From Felis catus (taxonomy: Eukaryota): a stretch of 64,000 nt of DNA. The stretch's first letter is position 1; each line of letters opens with the position of its first letter. Position numbers and translations under genes: made by a program. The stretch spans positions 90,026,001-90,090,000 of the forward strand of contig NC_058368.1 of NCBI RefSeq assembly GCF_018350175.1, given 5' to 3'. The notes beneath the pieces were generated by a model that saw only the letters and a list, made by a program, of their open reading frames with translations, did not search any database and had not been told where the DNA came from. Positions 28,826 to 41,766 of the stretch are shown here, in pieces.

Positions 28826-28897
28826 AGCTGATTTACAAAGAAGTACTGGACTGGGAAGAAAGAAGCAAGAATGGTGTTGTGAAAGATCAGCCTTCAG
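28826..28897 (+). CDS. MAPK9: JNK2 coding exon, ~aa 354-378 ([24 protein letters not shown])
   Basis: gaAG acceptor, GTTAGT donor at 28898, 72 nt; keeps frame. Confidence 0.96.
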
Positions 28898-29188
28898 GTT
28901 AGTGATTGCTTTAATAGTTGATGTTCTCCTTTTCCCTGTACAACTTTTCCAAATGGCAGTGATGCATTAAATGCCAGCTCGACCGGCCCTGGATCTGGAA
29001 GCTCCTTGTGTGAGGTAGTCTTCCTGTTTGGGTTTGTCTTGGCTGTGACAACTAACATATTACTGACAGGCCAGGCACTAAGCTAACTGCATTATAGACA
29101 ATCTCGTCTCATGCTTGCAACTGCTGCCATCAGCTCCATTTACAGACGAGGGAGTTGAATTTAAAACTCTTCCAATGTTTTAATTTAA

Positions 29189-29402
29189 TGAGCGCCTGGG
29201 TGGCTCAGTCAGTTAAGCGTCCAACTTCTGCTCAGGTCATGATCTCACGGTTGACGAGTTCGAGCCCTGCGTCAGGCTCTGTGCTGATGGCTCAGAACCT
29301 GGAGCCTGCTTCAGATTATGTGTCTCCCTCTCTCTCTGCCACTCCCCTGCTCGCTCTCTCTCTCTCTCTGTCTCTTAAAAATTACTAAACATTAAAAAAA
29401 AA
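29189..29402 (+). mobile_element. CAN-SINE
   Basis: gcgcctgggtggctcagtcagttaagcg head, (CT)n, A tail. Confidence 0.92.
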
Positions 29403-30227
29403 TTTTTTAACATTTCTTCTGTGCATGACCCTCTTCATATTGGCCCCACCCAGTTTAAAAAGAAAATCAGTGCAAATCTAAGAAAAATGGAATTTGGTTT
29501 TCTTTGAGAAAAACTGTTCATATAATTCTCCCATATTTCTATTTGATCTACCTAGTGGTAGATTCATTGTATGACTGCTAGAGACATATGTGGTGTTAAT
29601 TTAGGTCCGTAGGATCCCACCTGCTTCCTAAATGAAATCCTTCAAGTTATACTTACTTCCTCACCTCGCACCCCCCGCCCCAAAAGCACATGTGCACACA
29701 CACAGAGAAGTGCAGATTTCACTGCTTACTTTTCTTGAATTTTGTATTCAGCATGATCTATGTGTCAAGCATCTAGAGATTATATAACTCCCACACTTTA
29801 GGTGCTTGTGGTTAACTAAGCACAAATTTCAGACTGCAAGCACTGACCTCTGAGAGCTTGGATGTTTTATTTTTGCTCAAACCAGACTAAAATATGGACG
29901 GTAGGAAATAGGATAGTTTCACATACCTTAAAAATTCAAAATGTCAGTTTTAGGGATGTATAAAATAAAATGAACAAGAGGCCGCTAAATTTTTTCCTTT
30001 TTCTTTTTTTTTTTTGTTGTTGTTGTTTTGTTTGTATACAGTCTTTGTTTCTGCTAGCAGGTGTTTTTATTAGAAAAGAATTCTTCAAAGATTACTGCTT
30101 TTCTCCTTGGACAAAGTGTTGATGGACACCTGAACCCTATTTGGGCTTCAGCCTTTTTGTAACACTGATCGTTGTAGGACAGGTTCAGTAGTTTTTCTAT
30201 TAAAAATCTTTTTTAAGCAGCAGGTTT

Positions 30228-30451
30228 GTTTTTTTTTTTTTCACTTTTTTGTTAATGTTTATTTTTGAGAGACAGAGACAGAGCGTGAGCAGGGAGGGGC
30301 AGAGAGAGAGGGAGACACAGAATCCAAAGCAGAGGCTCCAGGCTCTGAGCTGTCAGCACAGAGCCCAACATGGGGCTTAAACTCACGAACCGTGAGATCA
30401 TGACCTGAGCCAAAGTCGGACGCCTAACCAAATGAGCCACCCAGGCACCCC
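30228..30451 (-). mobile_element. CAN-SINE
   Basis: TSD aagcagcaggt. Confidence 0.92.
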
Positions 30452-30645
30452 TAAAGCAGCAGGTATTTTTTAAGATGATTATACACATGCACATATGTGA
30501 CGTTTTGCCACTGGGAAGAAAAGAAGAATGTTGCAGGTGGGCCAGGGAACCGCACGAGCACGGAGCTGAGGGATGGCCTAAAGTCTCACTGCCCGAACCT
30601 GCAGCAATGTCGTGCCTCAGATTTTATTATATTTGGTTTTCTTAG

Positions 30646-30662
30646 CGCAGATGCACCAGTAA
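30646..30662 (+). CDS. MAPK9: JNK2 terminal exon, short p46 C-terminus (AQMHQ*)
   Basis: proximal acceptor cttAG 30644-30645 adds 5 nt and shifts frame; TAA 30660-30662. Confidence 0.93.
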
Positions 30663-30793
30663 GTAGCAACGCCACTCCTTCCGAGTCGTCCTCCATCAAC
30701 GACATCTCATCCATGTCAACCGAGCAGACGTTGGCCTCAGACACAGACAGCAGCCTTGATGCCTCGACGGGACCCCTGGAAGGTTGTCGATGA
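30651..30793 (+). CDS. MAPK9: JNK2 terminal exon, long p54 C-terminus ([47 protein letters not shown])
   Basis: distal acceptor cgcAG 30649-30650; TGA 30791-30793; GPLEGCR C-terminus. Confidence 0.97.
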
Positions 30794-31381
30794 TAAGTTA
30801 TGAGCAGCAGAGCTTGTCATCAGTGAAGGAATTCTCGCTTCCACGGGCCTGAAATGCTTGGGGGGGTTGATGGAACCAAATAGAAAAAACTCCACGTTCT
30901 GCATGTAAGAAACACAATGCCTTGCCCCTACTCAGTTCTAATAGGATTGCCTGCCTAGATTATAAAATGAAGCAGATCATGTCTGAAGGAAACAAGTGCA
31001 AGCCACACTCTTAGAGATTATGTTCAAGGTCATTTCAGGTGAGCAATTAGAATAGGTGATTTTTTTTTTTTAAGTTGTACGGTAATAGTGGTGACAATTT
31101 CTCATCCTCAGTAACTGTTGGGACTTCTGTGCATGTGACCACATGTGCTTGCTCTTGCCATCTAGCACTTTGGAAATCAGTATCTAAATGCCAAATAATC
31201 TTCCAGGTAGTGCTGCTTCTAGAATGATCTCTTAATCCTCTGAAGTGATTTGGTGTCTGTCCAGAAAAAATAGATTTATGTGTATTAATTGGCCACCATC
31301 ATATTATCATATCTTACCTTCTTTTATGGTATGATTTATTCTATCTTTTGTATTTCAGAAGGAATATAATTAAATCTATTT

Positions 31382-31391
31382 AATAAATAAA
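31382..31391 (+). terminator. Proximal polyadenylation signal (overlapping AATAAATAAA)
   Basis: two overlapping AATAAA, TGTA upstream (~31348), U/GU-rich tract downstream (tttgtcatgttttggg). Confidence 0.7.
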
Positions 31392-33678
31392 AAATACAAC
31401 TTTTCTTAAATTTGTCATGTTTTGGGCTGAGAATTATCACTGCTAAAACCAAGACACTTGTAGGGACACTTTATTTCCTCTAAATTGTCTTAGTCTGGGA
31501 TGACTGTGCATTCAGCTTTATTGCATGATAAAATTTTAAGTTTTGTGCTGCTTAGGCCATATATACCTTTAAAATCCTATCTACCCTTGCTCTGTTTTCC
31601 TGGTCTTCTGGATGTATTAATTTAAAATGCTACCTAAAACTTCACCTTCTTTATCAGGCACCTAACACTCCACATCAATGACATGATGGCCACAGATTCT
31701 TGAATCCATCAGCGGCAAGGGTAGAATTTTGTGAAATGGTCACTGAAGGCGACTGCAGTCACTTTCCAAGTGCTTGCTTTGCCCGAGACTGCTCAGGGTC
31801 CTCTCTTACCTTCCCTCATTCAAGGTGAGACGCACCATCTCCCAAGGCAGCGTTTCCGGTTTCTAATCTAACGTTGGTTCATACTCGATTTTCTTTCTTT
31901 GCTGAAAGAAACCACATTAAATGCCCCCCCTCCCTTGGGTCTGTTTTAGGAAGCAAGGTGATTTGGAAGGCCTGTGTGGTGGTGGTGTTTTCCACTTATG
32001 GAGCATTTCCTTTTCCTGAGGGAAACCCATGAATTTTCTGGGAAAAACTCCTCACGGAGATATGGAGGAAGCACCCTCAAGAGTAGTGATTAACTATTGA
32101 GTCTTTTCTGATTTAAAACTGCTCACCTGAAATTGATGCTTTCAGACTTTCTGATATGGAAATCATTCAGAGTTCACTAACATACTGAGTATTGAAGCAT
32201 CACTGCAGAAATGGAGTTACAATGGTCACATTTTGGCCACCTGTGCTCATGATGCTTGTCCCTTGAGCTTATTGTGTTACAGATTCATATCTTGTGTTTC
32301 ACTGTTGCAGAAGCTGTCGACTGGGTTAACATTCTATAGAATGTGTTCTGAAGAGGAACTTTGATAAGAAAGTCTATCATAAATATTACCTAAAATATAC
32401 AATTCTGTCTGTACCAGTTGCGTATCTTATTGGTTGGTCTTATCACTGGAAACTGGAACCCTTGATGAAAAAAAATCATACTGAAGTAAGAAATAGTTTT
32501 ATATTGTGAGGTTTAGACACATTCAAGTACAAGATGGAAATACTAACTTGGACTGAAGCAGAAACACCTATTAGATGGCTTAGGGTGGTTCTGGTTTCGG
32601 AGGCCTGATGGTATAGTGAAGAAAGTTATCATCATACACATACAAACATTTACAACAGCCTTCTCACTAATACGCATTCTTCAAAAAGACTTTACTAAAT
32701 CTATCTTTAAAAAGAAAAGCAAAGAAAGAGGAGAATCTTTCAAATGCTTTATCTGCCCTAGGCTTACGTGAACCCAGCACGGGGATGCCGTGGGCACATT
32801 CAGCTCCTCGCTGGGCGCCATTTGTAAGCGGAGCTGGGTGCCCCCGCAGACTGGCTTCCTGCTTACTCATTCCTCCGTGCGTTCATGGGGGGAGCCTGTA
32901 TTGGTGCAGATGGGTTTCCTGCCGAGCCCACCTTCTACCAGGTAGGGCAGCGAGGGCACCGAGGACAGGCCACAGGGCTGCAGACAGCAGAGCTCCGCAG
33001 AAATACCTCACCCCACTTCAGGGTCCTCCCTCCTGAGCCGAGATGCACCAGGGTCCTGGTGCAATGCAGATGGTTTCAAACCGCTCTCTGTGGGTGAATG
33101 CTGACGTTAGATAAAGAACTAAAACGTGCTCAACTTTTTCATCTTTTCTATTTTATTTTTGTAATTTATATTGTACACAACCCTGGAAGTAACTATTTTG
33201 GACACATATTTTTATAAACCAGGTAATTTATTATTAGCCTGGAATTTGGACTAGGTTTATTTTATTTGTTGGCTTATTTTTGGTCAAAAAGGAAATGACT
33301 GCCTCCCCCTACGTCGGGTCTTGACCTCAAGAGCAGGTAGAGTCTATTAGAATAGGAGAACATTGTGGAAACACAGACTGCTCAATATTGATCAGTTGTG
33401 GTCGTGGAAACGGAAGTGGGGCTCTATTTTTCTCTTCGGGACACAGAACTCAGAGCCTCAGTGCTGAAAGGAAAAAACTCTTAGCGGGGCCCCTTGCTGA
33501 CATCCCTGGATGGGATCCCGGTTTAATCCAGATTCGATACCGTGTGAGTCATGGTAATGATGTACGAGTTTGTCTGGTTGATTTCTAATGTACTCCACTG
33601 GTGTTTCATACTGGTAGTAAATACAGGTGTGACCTTTCAGACTGCATATCTCAAAAGTAACATTGCCTAATGTTTTAT

Positions 33679-33684
33679 AATAAA
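33679..33684 (+). terminator. Candidate distal polyadenylation signal
   Basis: AATAAA followed by GU-rich tctgtgtgttttgattggtg. Confidence 0.5.
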
Positions 33685-34169
33685 ATATATTCTGTGTGTT
33701 TTGATTGGTGAAAATAATATAGATACATTTTAAAAGACAAGTGTATAGCATGTCCAATTTTTGTGTGTTTTTAAGTGACAATTGACTATATTTCTACGTC
33801 ACCATCTCCGATTACAGATTTAACGTGAACACGGTCAATGTCGGAGTGTCATCATTTCCAGCAATATTAACAGATATTTTTAATTGAAAGTCAAAACATG
33901 TCTTGGACTTCTCTCCCTGAAAATATTCTGCAAATTTCTGAATCTCGGTTTTCAAAACTAGGCAAGTACAAAATCAAGTATTCCCAGTATTGGCGTAATT
34001 GTTTTTCTCACAAGGCGTGGCTCATCAGTCTTTCCTCATATTACTTAAAATCCTAAATCATTAATGATGCCTGTGTGCTTGTGGGTTTGTGCACGGGATG
34101 AGCCACCTTGACTTTGCTTCTGTTTCGGAGACACTTTAAGATGTTCAGGACTTAAAAACCACAGGACTA

Positions 34170-34395
34170 GGGGCGCCTGGGTGGCTCAGTCGGTTAAGCG
34201 TCTGACTTCAGCTCAGGTCATGATCCCACGGTCCGTGAGTTCGAGCCCCGCGTCGGGCTCTGTGCTGACAGCTCAGAGCCTGGAGCCTGTTTCAGATTCT
34301 GTGTCTCCCTCTCTCTCTGCCCCTCCCCTGTTCATGCTCTGTCTCAAAAAAAATAACTAAATGTTAAAAAAAAACAAAAAACAAAAAAAAAAAAA
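34170..34395 (+). mobile_element. Young CAN-SINE
   Basis: CpGs retained, perfect TSD aaaaaccacaggactag, long A-rich tail. Confidence 0.95.
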
Positions 34396-34466
34396 CCACA
34401 GGACTAGAAGTGTCCTTCACAGCTCACTTTCTTTTCTCTGCTTTTTAAGAGGGCTAGCTAGAATCA

Positions 34467-34706
34467 GGGGTGCCTGGGTGGCTCCATCGGTTAAGCATCC
34501 AACTCTTGGTTTCTGCTCAGGTCATGATCTCAGTATTTGTAAATTCAAGCCCCACATCTGGCTCTGCACAGACAGCTCGGAGCCTGGTTGGGATTCTTTC
34601 TGTCTCTCTGTCTGTCCCTCCCCTGCTTGCTCTCTCTTTCTCTCTTTCTCTCAAAAAAATAAACAGAAAAAGATTTTTAAAATAAAAAACAATATAGATA
34701 ATAAAA
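34467..34706 (+). mobile_element. CAN-SINE
   Basis: TSD gctagaatca. Confidence 0.9.
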
Positions 34707-35239
34707 GGGCTAGAATCATTCCAGAGAGATGAGTTCATCAGTCTTATTTTTAAAGTTCTGCAAAGAAGGAACACATGTCCCTCATATAGGTCTGCGTTCC
34801 GTTTCTGTAGCATACCCCCTTCAGTACAGATGGTACTAAAATACTTTTCAGTTATTGAATGGAATGGTGACTGTATTGGGGTGGGGCTTTTTGGTAGGGG
34901 AGAGGGTAATCGTTCAAAACAACCTAACGTCCTAAAGATGCTATGGTGCCTTATATGAATTTAAGCATAAGGTTACCTTTGGCAATAAGGCAGTTACTCA
35001 ATATTTTGTTTTTAAACAGGACAACTGGTAACAAATAGAGTGGCCAGTCATGTATTGCTGAGACCATGTGACCAGGATTTAGAAGGGACGTGCCCATCAT
35101 GGCCATTGGGAACTATTCATTAACCGAGTCCTCAAGGCCTTTGGCCACACGCTCCTTCACAGTTGGAAAGACCAAGGTTTTGGGGGCCTGGGGTTCTTGT
35201 GAGCAAGAGTGTTTGCCACTACCCTTTCTCTGCTGGCGC

Positions 35240-35461
35240 TTTTTTTTTTAAGTTTATTTATTTATTTTGAGAGAAAGAGACAAAAAAAAGAGTACATGAG
35301 CAGGGGAGGGGCAGAAAGAGAGGGAGAGAGAGAATCCCAAGCAGGCTCGGTACTGTCAGTGCAGAGCCTGATGTGGGGCTTCAGCCCACAAATCATCAGA
35401 TCATGACCTAAGCCGAAATCAAGAGTCAGACGCTTAACCAGCTGAGCCACTCAGGCGCCCC
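35240..35461 (-). mobile_element. CAN-SINE
   Basis: TSD ctctgctggc. Confidence 0.9.
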
Positions 35462-36114
35462 CTCTGCTGGCACTTTAAAGTGGGAAGGGAAGTTCTCTAA
35501 CACAGCCCCAGCCCCGCACAACCCCGAGGCTGCAGCCCTGGCGGAGTCAAGAGAGAGTGCAAAGCCTCTACACTCTACCTTATGTTCCTGCAGGTGCAGA
35601 GCTCAGGCTTCTTTTATTCATAAGCCCCTTTGGTGGTCTGAAGCAGACAGGGCCCCTCTCCCAAGAAAAATGCCATGAGCACAAAATTCTGCCACACTTT
35701 CTGAGGGGTACTGCCACTGGTAGGTAATCGTGTTAAAAGCTCCCATCCCTGGAGCAGCTTCTAGATGCTTTGTGTCCATCGAGGGAAGCAGAGACTGTAG
35801 AAGCCTGTTTTGCTCTTACTGGCCCTGACACTTGCACGTGGGGTGACATGGGACATAACCAGGGACATCTTCACTCTGAGCCCCAGCACTACTCAGTAGG
35901 GCTTATTTGATGTCAAAAAGAGAATATAAGGGTCCAGGTCCAGTGAAATGGGTCATTTCAATTCCTTCCATGTGGAATTTAGGTGCAAGATTGAAAGGAG
36001 CTACAAGCTTATACAGACTTTGTGGAGATGCGGATAAAATGAAATCCAACTCTTCATTTTAAAGAAGTTCGTGCTGAGCTTTGAGATAAACTGAACTCGC
36101 ACTTCAATCCCTAC

Positions 36115-36308
36115 TTTATTTTTTTAATGTTTATTTTTGAGAGACAGTGTGTGAGCGGGGGAGGGGCAGAGAGAGAGGGAGACAGAGAATCCAAAGCAGG
36201 CTTCTTGCTGACAGCAGCGAGCCCAATGCAGGACTCAAACTCACAAACCGTGAGATCCTGACCTGAGCTAAAGTCAGACACTCAACGACTGAGCCACCCA
36301 GACGCCCC
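36115..36308 (-). mobile_element. CAN-SINE
   Basis: TSD aatccctacttta. Confidence 0.9.
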
Positions 36309-37643
36309 TGAAATCCCTACTTTAAATTGTTGATTCTCCAGTAATATTTTCTCCCGTTCTTCTAAAGCATCCCTGTGACCTTCTTACAATCTTTATAAGC
36401 ATGCTTTAAACTTCATTTCATTCATTCACTTGGCTTTCATAAAACATGACGATGGATGGAGAGGCCCTCCAGTCAACACCTCGTTCACGGCCGGAATCCA
36501 CCAGAGATGGCTGCCAAGCCTGTGCTCACATGGCTTTGGTGAAGGGAAGGGCCCCCTTCCCATGGAGTTTTTTGTAGTTTTGACCATTAGAAAGTTCTTC
36601 TTTAATCAGAACCGCACCCTGACTCCCAAGCTTCCACCGCTGGACCCCAGGCCTTCCCTTTGGGTGAAACAGAGGGGGTGTGATCCACCCCATGAGACAG
36701 GATTGACTACGTTAGTCGAAAGAGTAAGCTCCACGTCTTCCTTTCTCCAGCTTGAACCCAAAGGTCATCCACGTCTCTCTCACATGAAAAAGCCCCCAGA
36801 GCCTCACCACCTTGGCTCACCCTGCAAATATGGGCCCCGAGGGGAACGTGTAATATTCCAGATGCAGCCCGAGGGGCGTGCTCTGCATCCAGGGCCTCCC
36901 CAGCTAATTAGCACATCAACTGGCCTTAGCTTTAACAGCCAGTCACACCCAACACCTGTAGTCCATCAGAACCGCCGGGTTTTGTGACATTGCACTTAAT
37001 CCAGGGTCTGTCATTCTTCATAAGGGTTCTCTCTGCTAGTTTGTGACCTCTGTCAGTTTTATGAGCATGAGCGGGTCTTCTGAAAATTCATCCAAGTGGT
37101 GATTAACAGCCTTGAGCAGCAGGACAGAGCCCAAGGGCAGACCCCAGCAGTCACAGAGAGGGACCCACATGGCCAGTGTTTTGTCACCTTCTGGGGGAGG
37201 AGGGCCTCAACAGCAACATCGTGCAGCCCATGTGGAGTGTTATCTTGCCACGAGGTCAGGAAGAAGGGTCTTGGACCCACACCAAAATCACGAAGGCACT
37301 TCGGCAGCACACTCTGATCTACTTCCTAGTCACGTTTCAAGAAGAGAAATCAGTTTGTCACCACGTGCTGGTGCTCCGAATTTTGTTTTCTCTTGGGCGG
37401 TGAGTGCCAGCTTCCCCTTCTATATCTACATTTTTGATGTCTTGTGGCCACTTAGAAAACACAGCCAGTTGTCCCCATGTCCCCAGTTAAGTGAATTGGG
37501 GAGGGGAGCAGGGTGGTAGCACGTGGTGGCCTTATTTTGTTTTCGGGTGAATGAAGGCAGGATGTGTTCGGAAGTCTGTAACCGTGATTCCGCAGGGGCC
37601 TGCTGATGACAGCATTCTCGTGGGGCAGAGCCAGGCTCAAGCC

Positions 37644-37670
37644 GTGTGTGTGTGTGTGTGTGTGTGTGTG
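37644..37670. repeat. (GT)n microsatellite
   Basis: about 13 GT units. Confidence 0.95.
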
Positions 37671-37892
37671 ACCTCAGAGGTTTAGCGCCTTGAGTAACCT
37701 CTTCTGAGGCTTCGCCTGTTTGCTTTCCTTTTCAACTAAAAATATTCATGCTACTTCATTTTCATCTGATTTTAATCCAGCCTAGAGCTCCATACAGACC
37801 CTCAGAGGTACATTTGGACAGCTCTCTGTTTCAAAGTAGATCTCTTCAGTACTTTCAAGCAGTCAGTTGACAGACCAAAGAAGCTATAAGAT

Positions 37893-39513
37893 GGGGTGCC
37901 TGGAAGTGTCTGACTTCTGCTCAGGTCGTGATCTCACGGATCGTGGATTCAAGCCCCGCATCAGGCTCTCTGCTGTCCACATAGAGCCCGCTTCATTCAG
38001 ATCCTGTCTTGATTGTCTGCCTCCTTCCCTCTCTGCCTCTCCCCTGTTCATGCTCTCTCTCTCTCAAAAATACATAAACATAAATTTAAAAAAAAGAAGC
38101 TATAAGAAATAAATATTTGAGCAGCAACACTCACCTGTACATGTTTATTCTCACATCTTCTCAGTGGTGGTGGCTAGGGGAAGTGCTAGGGACCAGCACG
38201 GCCTGCCCCCCTGCCCTCACCCACTCCTGCACCCAGCCCTCTGCAGAACCCTCACTCCTACCGGAGTCTCTGTGCTGTGTGATATCTCTCGGTCCCTCTC
38301 CTCCATATCCCACCTTCAGTTCAGCCAAGTTAGAGAGAGTGAGCTCAGCACCTAATATCACCCTCGATTGCTCCTCTTTGCACCAGGAGTCTATATTCCC
38401 TTTCTTCACCTCCTCTCCTCCCATCTGCTCCCTATTTCAAAAAATGCAAAGGGGCTCCTGGGTGGCTCAGCCAGTTAAGCATCCGACTTTGGCTCAGGTC
38501 ACGATCTCGTGGTTCATGAGTTCGAGCCCCACATCGGGCTCTGTGCTGACGGCTCAAAGCCTGGAGCCTGCTTCTGATTCTGTTTCCCCCCTCTCTGCCC
38601 CTCCCCCGTTCATGCTCTGCTTCTCTCTGTCTCAAAGATAAATAAACATTAAAAAAAAATTTTAATTCAAAATATGTATATTCCATGTATACATATGTTA
38701 GAAAATACAATCAAGAATGAGAAACTTAGGGGCACCTGTGTGGCTCAGTCAGTTAAGTGTCCGCCTCTTGGTTTCGGCTCAAGTCATGATATCACGATTC
38801 ATGCGTTTGAGCCCTGAGTCAGGCTCTGCACTGACAGCGTGGAGCCTGCTTGGGATCCTCTCTCTCTGCCCCTCCCCCAAGCATGTACTTTCTCTCTCTC
38901 TCACAAAATAAATAAATAAACTTAACAAGAAAAAAGAATGAGAAACTACCGTATTCCCCCCTTCAGAGATCACCACTGTTAATAACCTTATTTGTGTATT
39001 TTTCACATGATTTTCTATGGACATGTAAACATCTAGATGGTTTTCTTTTTTGTTTGGGGGACTTTTTTTTTTTTTTTTGGTTTTGGTTTTTTTGCCCAAA
39101 TGAAGTCATGCCATATGTGCTTTTTATAACCTGCATTCCTCATTTACCGATCTCCAACCATCCACATCCATAAGTTCTCATCTGGCCTAATACCTAGGCC
39201 TTGGGGTTTCCCCAGTATCCCCAAAGTCTTTTCCTGGTATATCCAGCCAGGATCCAGTAGAAGTAGTATTTACAACGTTCTAATGCATGTGGTGAAGAGA
39301 AGCAGACCATTTTCCATAGAAATAGAAGGGATTGAAATTGTCTCAAGAATGATAACACTATGGGGACACCTGGGTGGCTCAGTCGGTTAAGCGTCTGACT
39401 TTGGCTCAGGTCATGATCTCTCAGTTCATGAGTTAGAGCCCACGTCGGACTCTGTACTGACAGCTCAGAACCTGGATTCTGTGTCTCCCTCTCTCTCTGC
39501 CCCTCCCCCACTT

Positions 39514-39549
<36 letters not shown>

Positions 39550-39571
39550 AAGAATAAAAATTTAAAAAAAA
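37893..39571 (+). mobile_element. Cluster of four plus-strand CAN-SINEs (37893-38095, 38451-38660, 38729-38935, 39362-39571)
   Basis: heads, (CT)n and A tails; TSDs aaagaagctataaga and aagaatgagaaact. Confidence 0.9.
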
Positions 39572-40130
39572 TTTTAAGGACCAGTGTGTGCCCAGACAGA
39601 GTCTGAGGCTGGACAAGTATGCTCTGGATGGCCTCCAGAAAACTCCAATGGACCAGTGATCATCAGAGAAAGGGAAATGGCAACCAAAGCCCACCCCGAC
39701 ACCCCTAAATCCCTCCGGGACCAATCAGTCTTACAGGTCGATTTTTACTAAACTTCCACAAAAACAGAAAAACCCTATCTTATCCAAAATTTTCAAACCA
39801 CCCAACTCAGTTTAGGAGGTTGATATAATCTTGATTCAAAAACTGGAAAAACATCAAGATTATGTGCCCTTTTCAGAGATGCTAACTGAATCCAACATTG
39901 TACGGTTTATTCCAGAATTCAAGGGTGACTCAACACAACTGTGGCAATAAATAACCTATTTTTGTGGGGTTTTTTTGTTTTTTTGTAAATTGCCCACAAA
40001 ACTCTGAATAGAAAAGAGCTTCCTTTGGGGAGTGTCCAGGCTTATTCAGGGAAGAGCAGGAGGAAGCAGAAAATGTCAAACATCCCGAAGCCACAGCCTG
40101 AAGACACATCCTGATGGAGACTGGAGTGAA

Positions 40131-40154
40131 TGTGTGTGTGTGTGTGTGTGTGTG
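40131..40154. repeat. (TG)n microsatellite
   Basis: about 12 TG units. Confidence 0.95.
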
Positions 40155-41266
40155 CATGTACACGCATGCAAACTCGCCACCAGAAATGCACGCACACCAC
40201 CAGTATGGGACCACCTGGCACCACTGACCAGGACAAATAGGCCATGGCTGTGCCCAGCAAGAGGACATAGACCAGGCCTAGCCTTGCTGAGCTCAGATCA
40301 GCGGCCCTGCTGAAGCTCGGTGCTGGCGTCCCTTTAGCCTGAACCCCCACCCCTGCCCCTGTCTAGTAACAGCCAGCAGCCCAGCTGGAGGCAGAGAGCA
40401 CTGATGCCCAGGGACATCCTGCCACCTCTGTGCAAATCTAAATGCATCCTTCCCCCAGGACCACGTTCAGACTCCTCAGCTGGGCTGTAGTGCTCTTCAG
40501 GCTCCCCTTCCAGGACCCCTTCTGTGCCCTCTTCACCTCACCCCACCACAGGCCATTCATTTAGACAAATGCTTGCCAGGCAGCTCATAAATAAGTGGGC
40601 CAGAAATCTGACACTCTGCCCCTGCCTCTGGAGACCTCACTCTGTGGCCGCCATCAAATACTTAACGCAAGTCAGGTGACAGCTAAAGACAAAGAAGTTG
40701 CCTGGGTGAAGGAAGATCTAACCCCCAACTTTATCACCCATCTCCACCACCAACCGGACTGTAAACCAGCCCTTGTGCGTGGGGACATGGCTGTAGTGGC
40801 CAAAGGGTCTCCTGGCTGCCACTCTTGCCCAGCTACTGTCTGTCCTTCACCCGACCCTGGAATGAGCCTCCTAGGATGCGGCTGTGACCACCGTGTCCCT
40901 GTCTCCATGGGCCCCCAGTTGCCTCCCCAGGTGTTTTTCAAACTTGAGCTCCCACTGCCATCCTGCTCATTGCCAGCATCACATTTAGGACAGATGGATG
41001 TCCTCACACCACCTTCTGTGATTTCCTGTTGGTCAGTTCTATTTTTTTTTTTTGTTTATTTTTGTGAGAGAATGAGAGTGAGAGAGGGGCAGAGAGAGAG
41101 GGAGATAGAAGATCCGAAGTGGACTCTGCACTGACAGCAGTGAGCCGGATACAGGGCTTGAACCCACATAGGGCAGCCAGAGGAAAGCATGGAGGGCTTG
41201 GGCCCTGGCTCTGCTGTGCCACCCACACAAGCCACCTGCCCTCTCTGAGCCTCTTTTGTGGAATGG

Positions 41267-41766
41267 GGTCTTAGTTTCCTATTGTTGCTGTCTCCGATTA
41301 CCACAGACTTAATGGCTCAAAACAACACGAGTGTATTAGCTTACATTCTGTAGGTCAGAAGTCCCACGTGGGTTTCTGTGGACTTAAAGCAAGGGGTTCG
41401 CAGGGCGAGTTCCACCTGGAGGCTCTAGGAGGGAGATCTGCTCCTTGCCTTTTCCCGCTTCGAGAGGCTGGCCACAGTCCTTGGCTCATGGCCCCTTTCC
41501 CCCATTTTCAAGCCAGCAGCCTGGCATCTCTCTGACTCTGCTTCCGTCTACACATCTCTTTCTCTGAATCTTCTGCCTATCTTCTGCTTTCAAGCACCCA
41601 TGCGAATCCATGGGCTCCCCCAGATAATCCAGGATAAGGTCCCCGTCTCAGAGTCCTAACTGAATCACATCTGCCACGTCCCCTTTGCTGGATAAGATCA
41701 AATATTTGCAGATTCCAAGGATTAGGATGTGGACATCTCTGGGTGGCTTCTCCTCTCCCCGCCACA
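41267..41766. mobile_element. MaLR (MLT1-type) solo LTR
   Basis: gtcttagtttcctattgttgctg..ccacagacttaatggctcaaaacaacac..ggattaggatgtggacatct..ccaca. Confidence 0.75.

Larger units (their letters stand above)
30794..33710 (+). other. MAPK9: MAPK9 3' UTR (distal end approximate)
   Basis: follows the stop codon; ~2.9 kb without SINEs and largely AU-rich; AATAAA at 31382/31386 and 33679. Confidence 0.6.

Noticed and set aside
30497..30645. N-terminal part of ORF 30497-30793 as a coding extension
   Set aside because: Intronic; JNK2 similarity starts only at the acceptors 30646/30651
34170..34260. tRNA genes in SINE heads
   Set aside because: A/B-box-like heads are the tRNA-derived part of CAN-SINEs, followed by (CT)n and A tails
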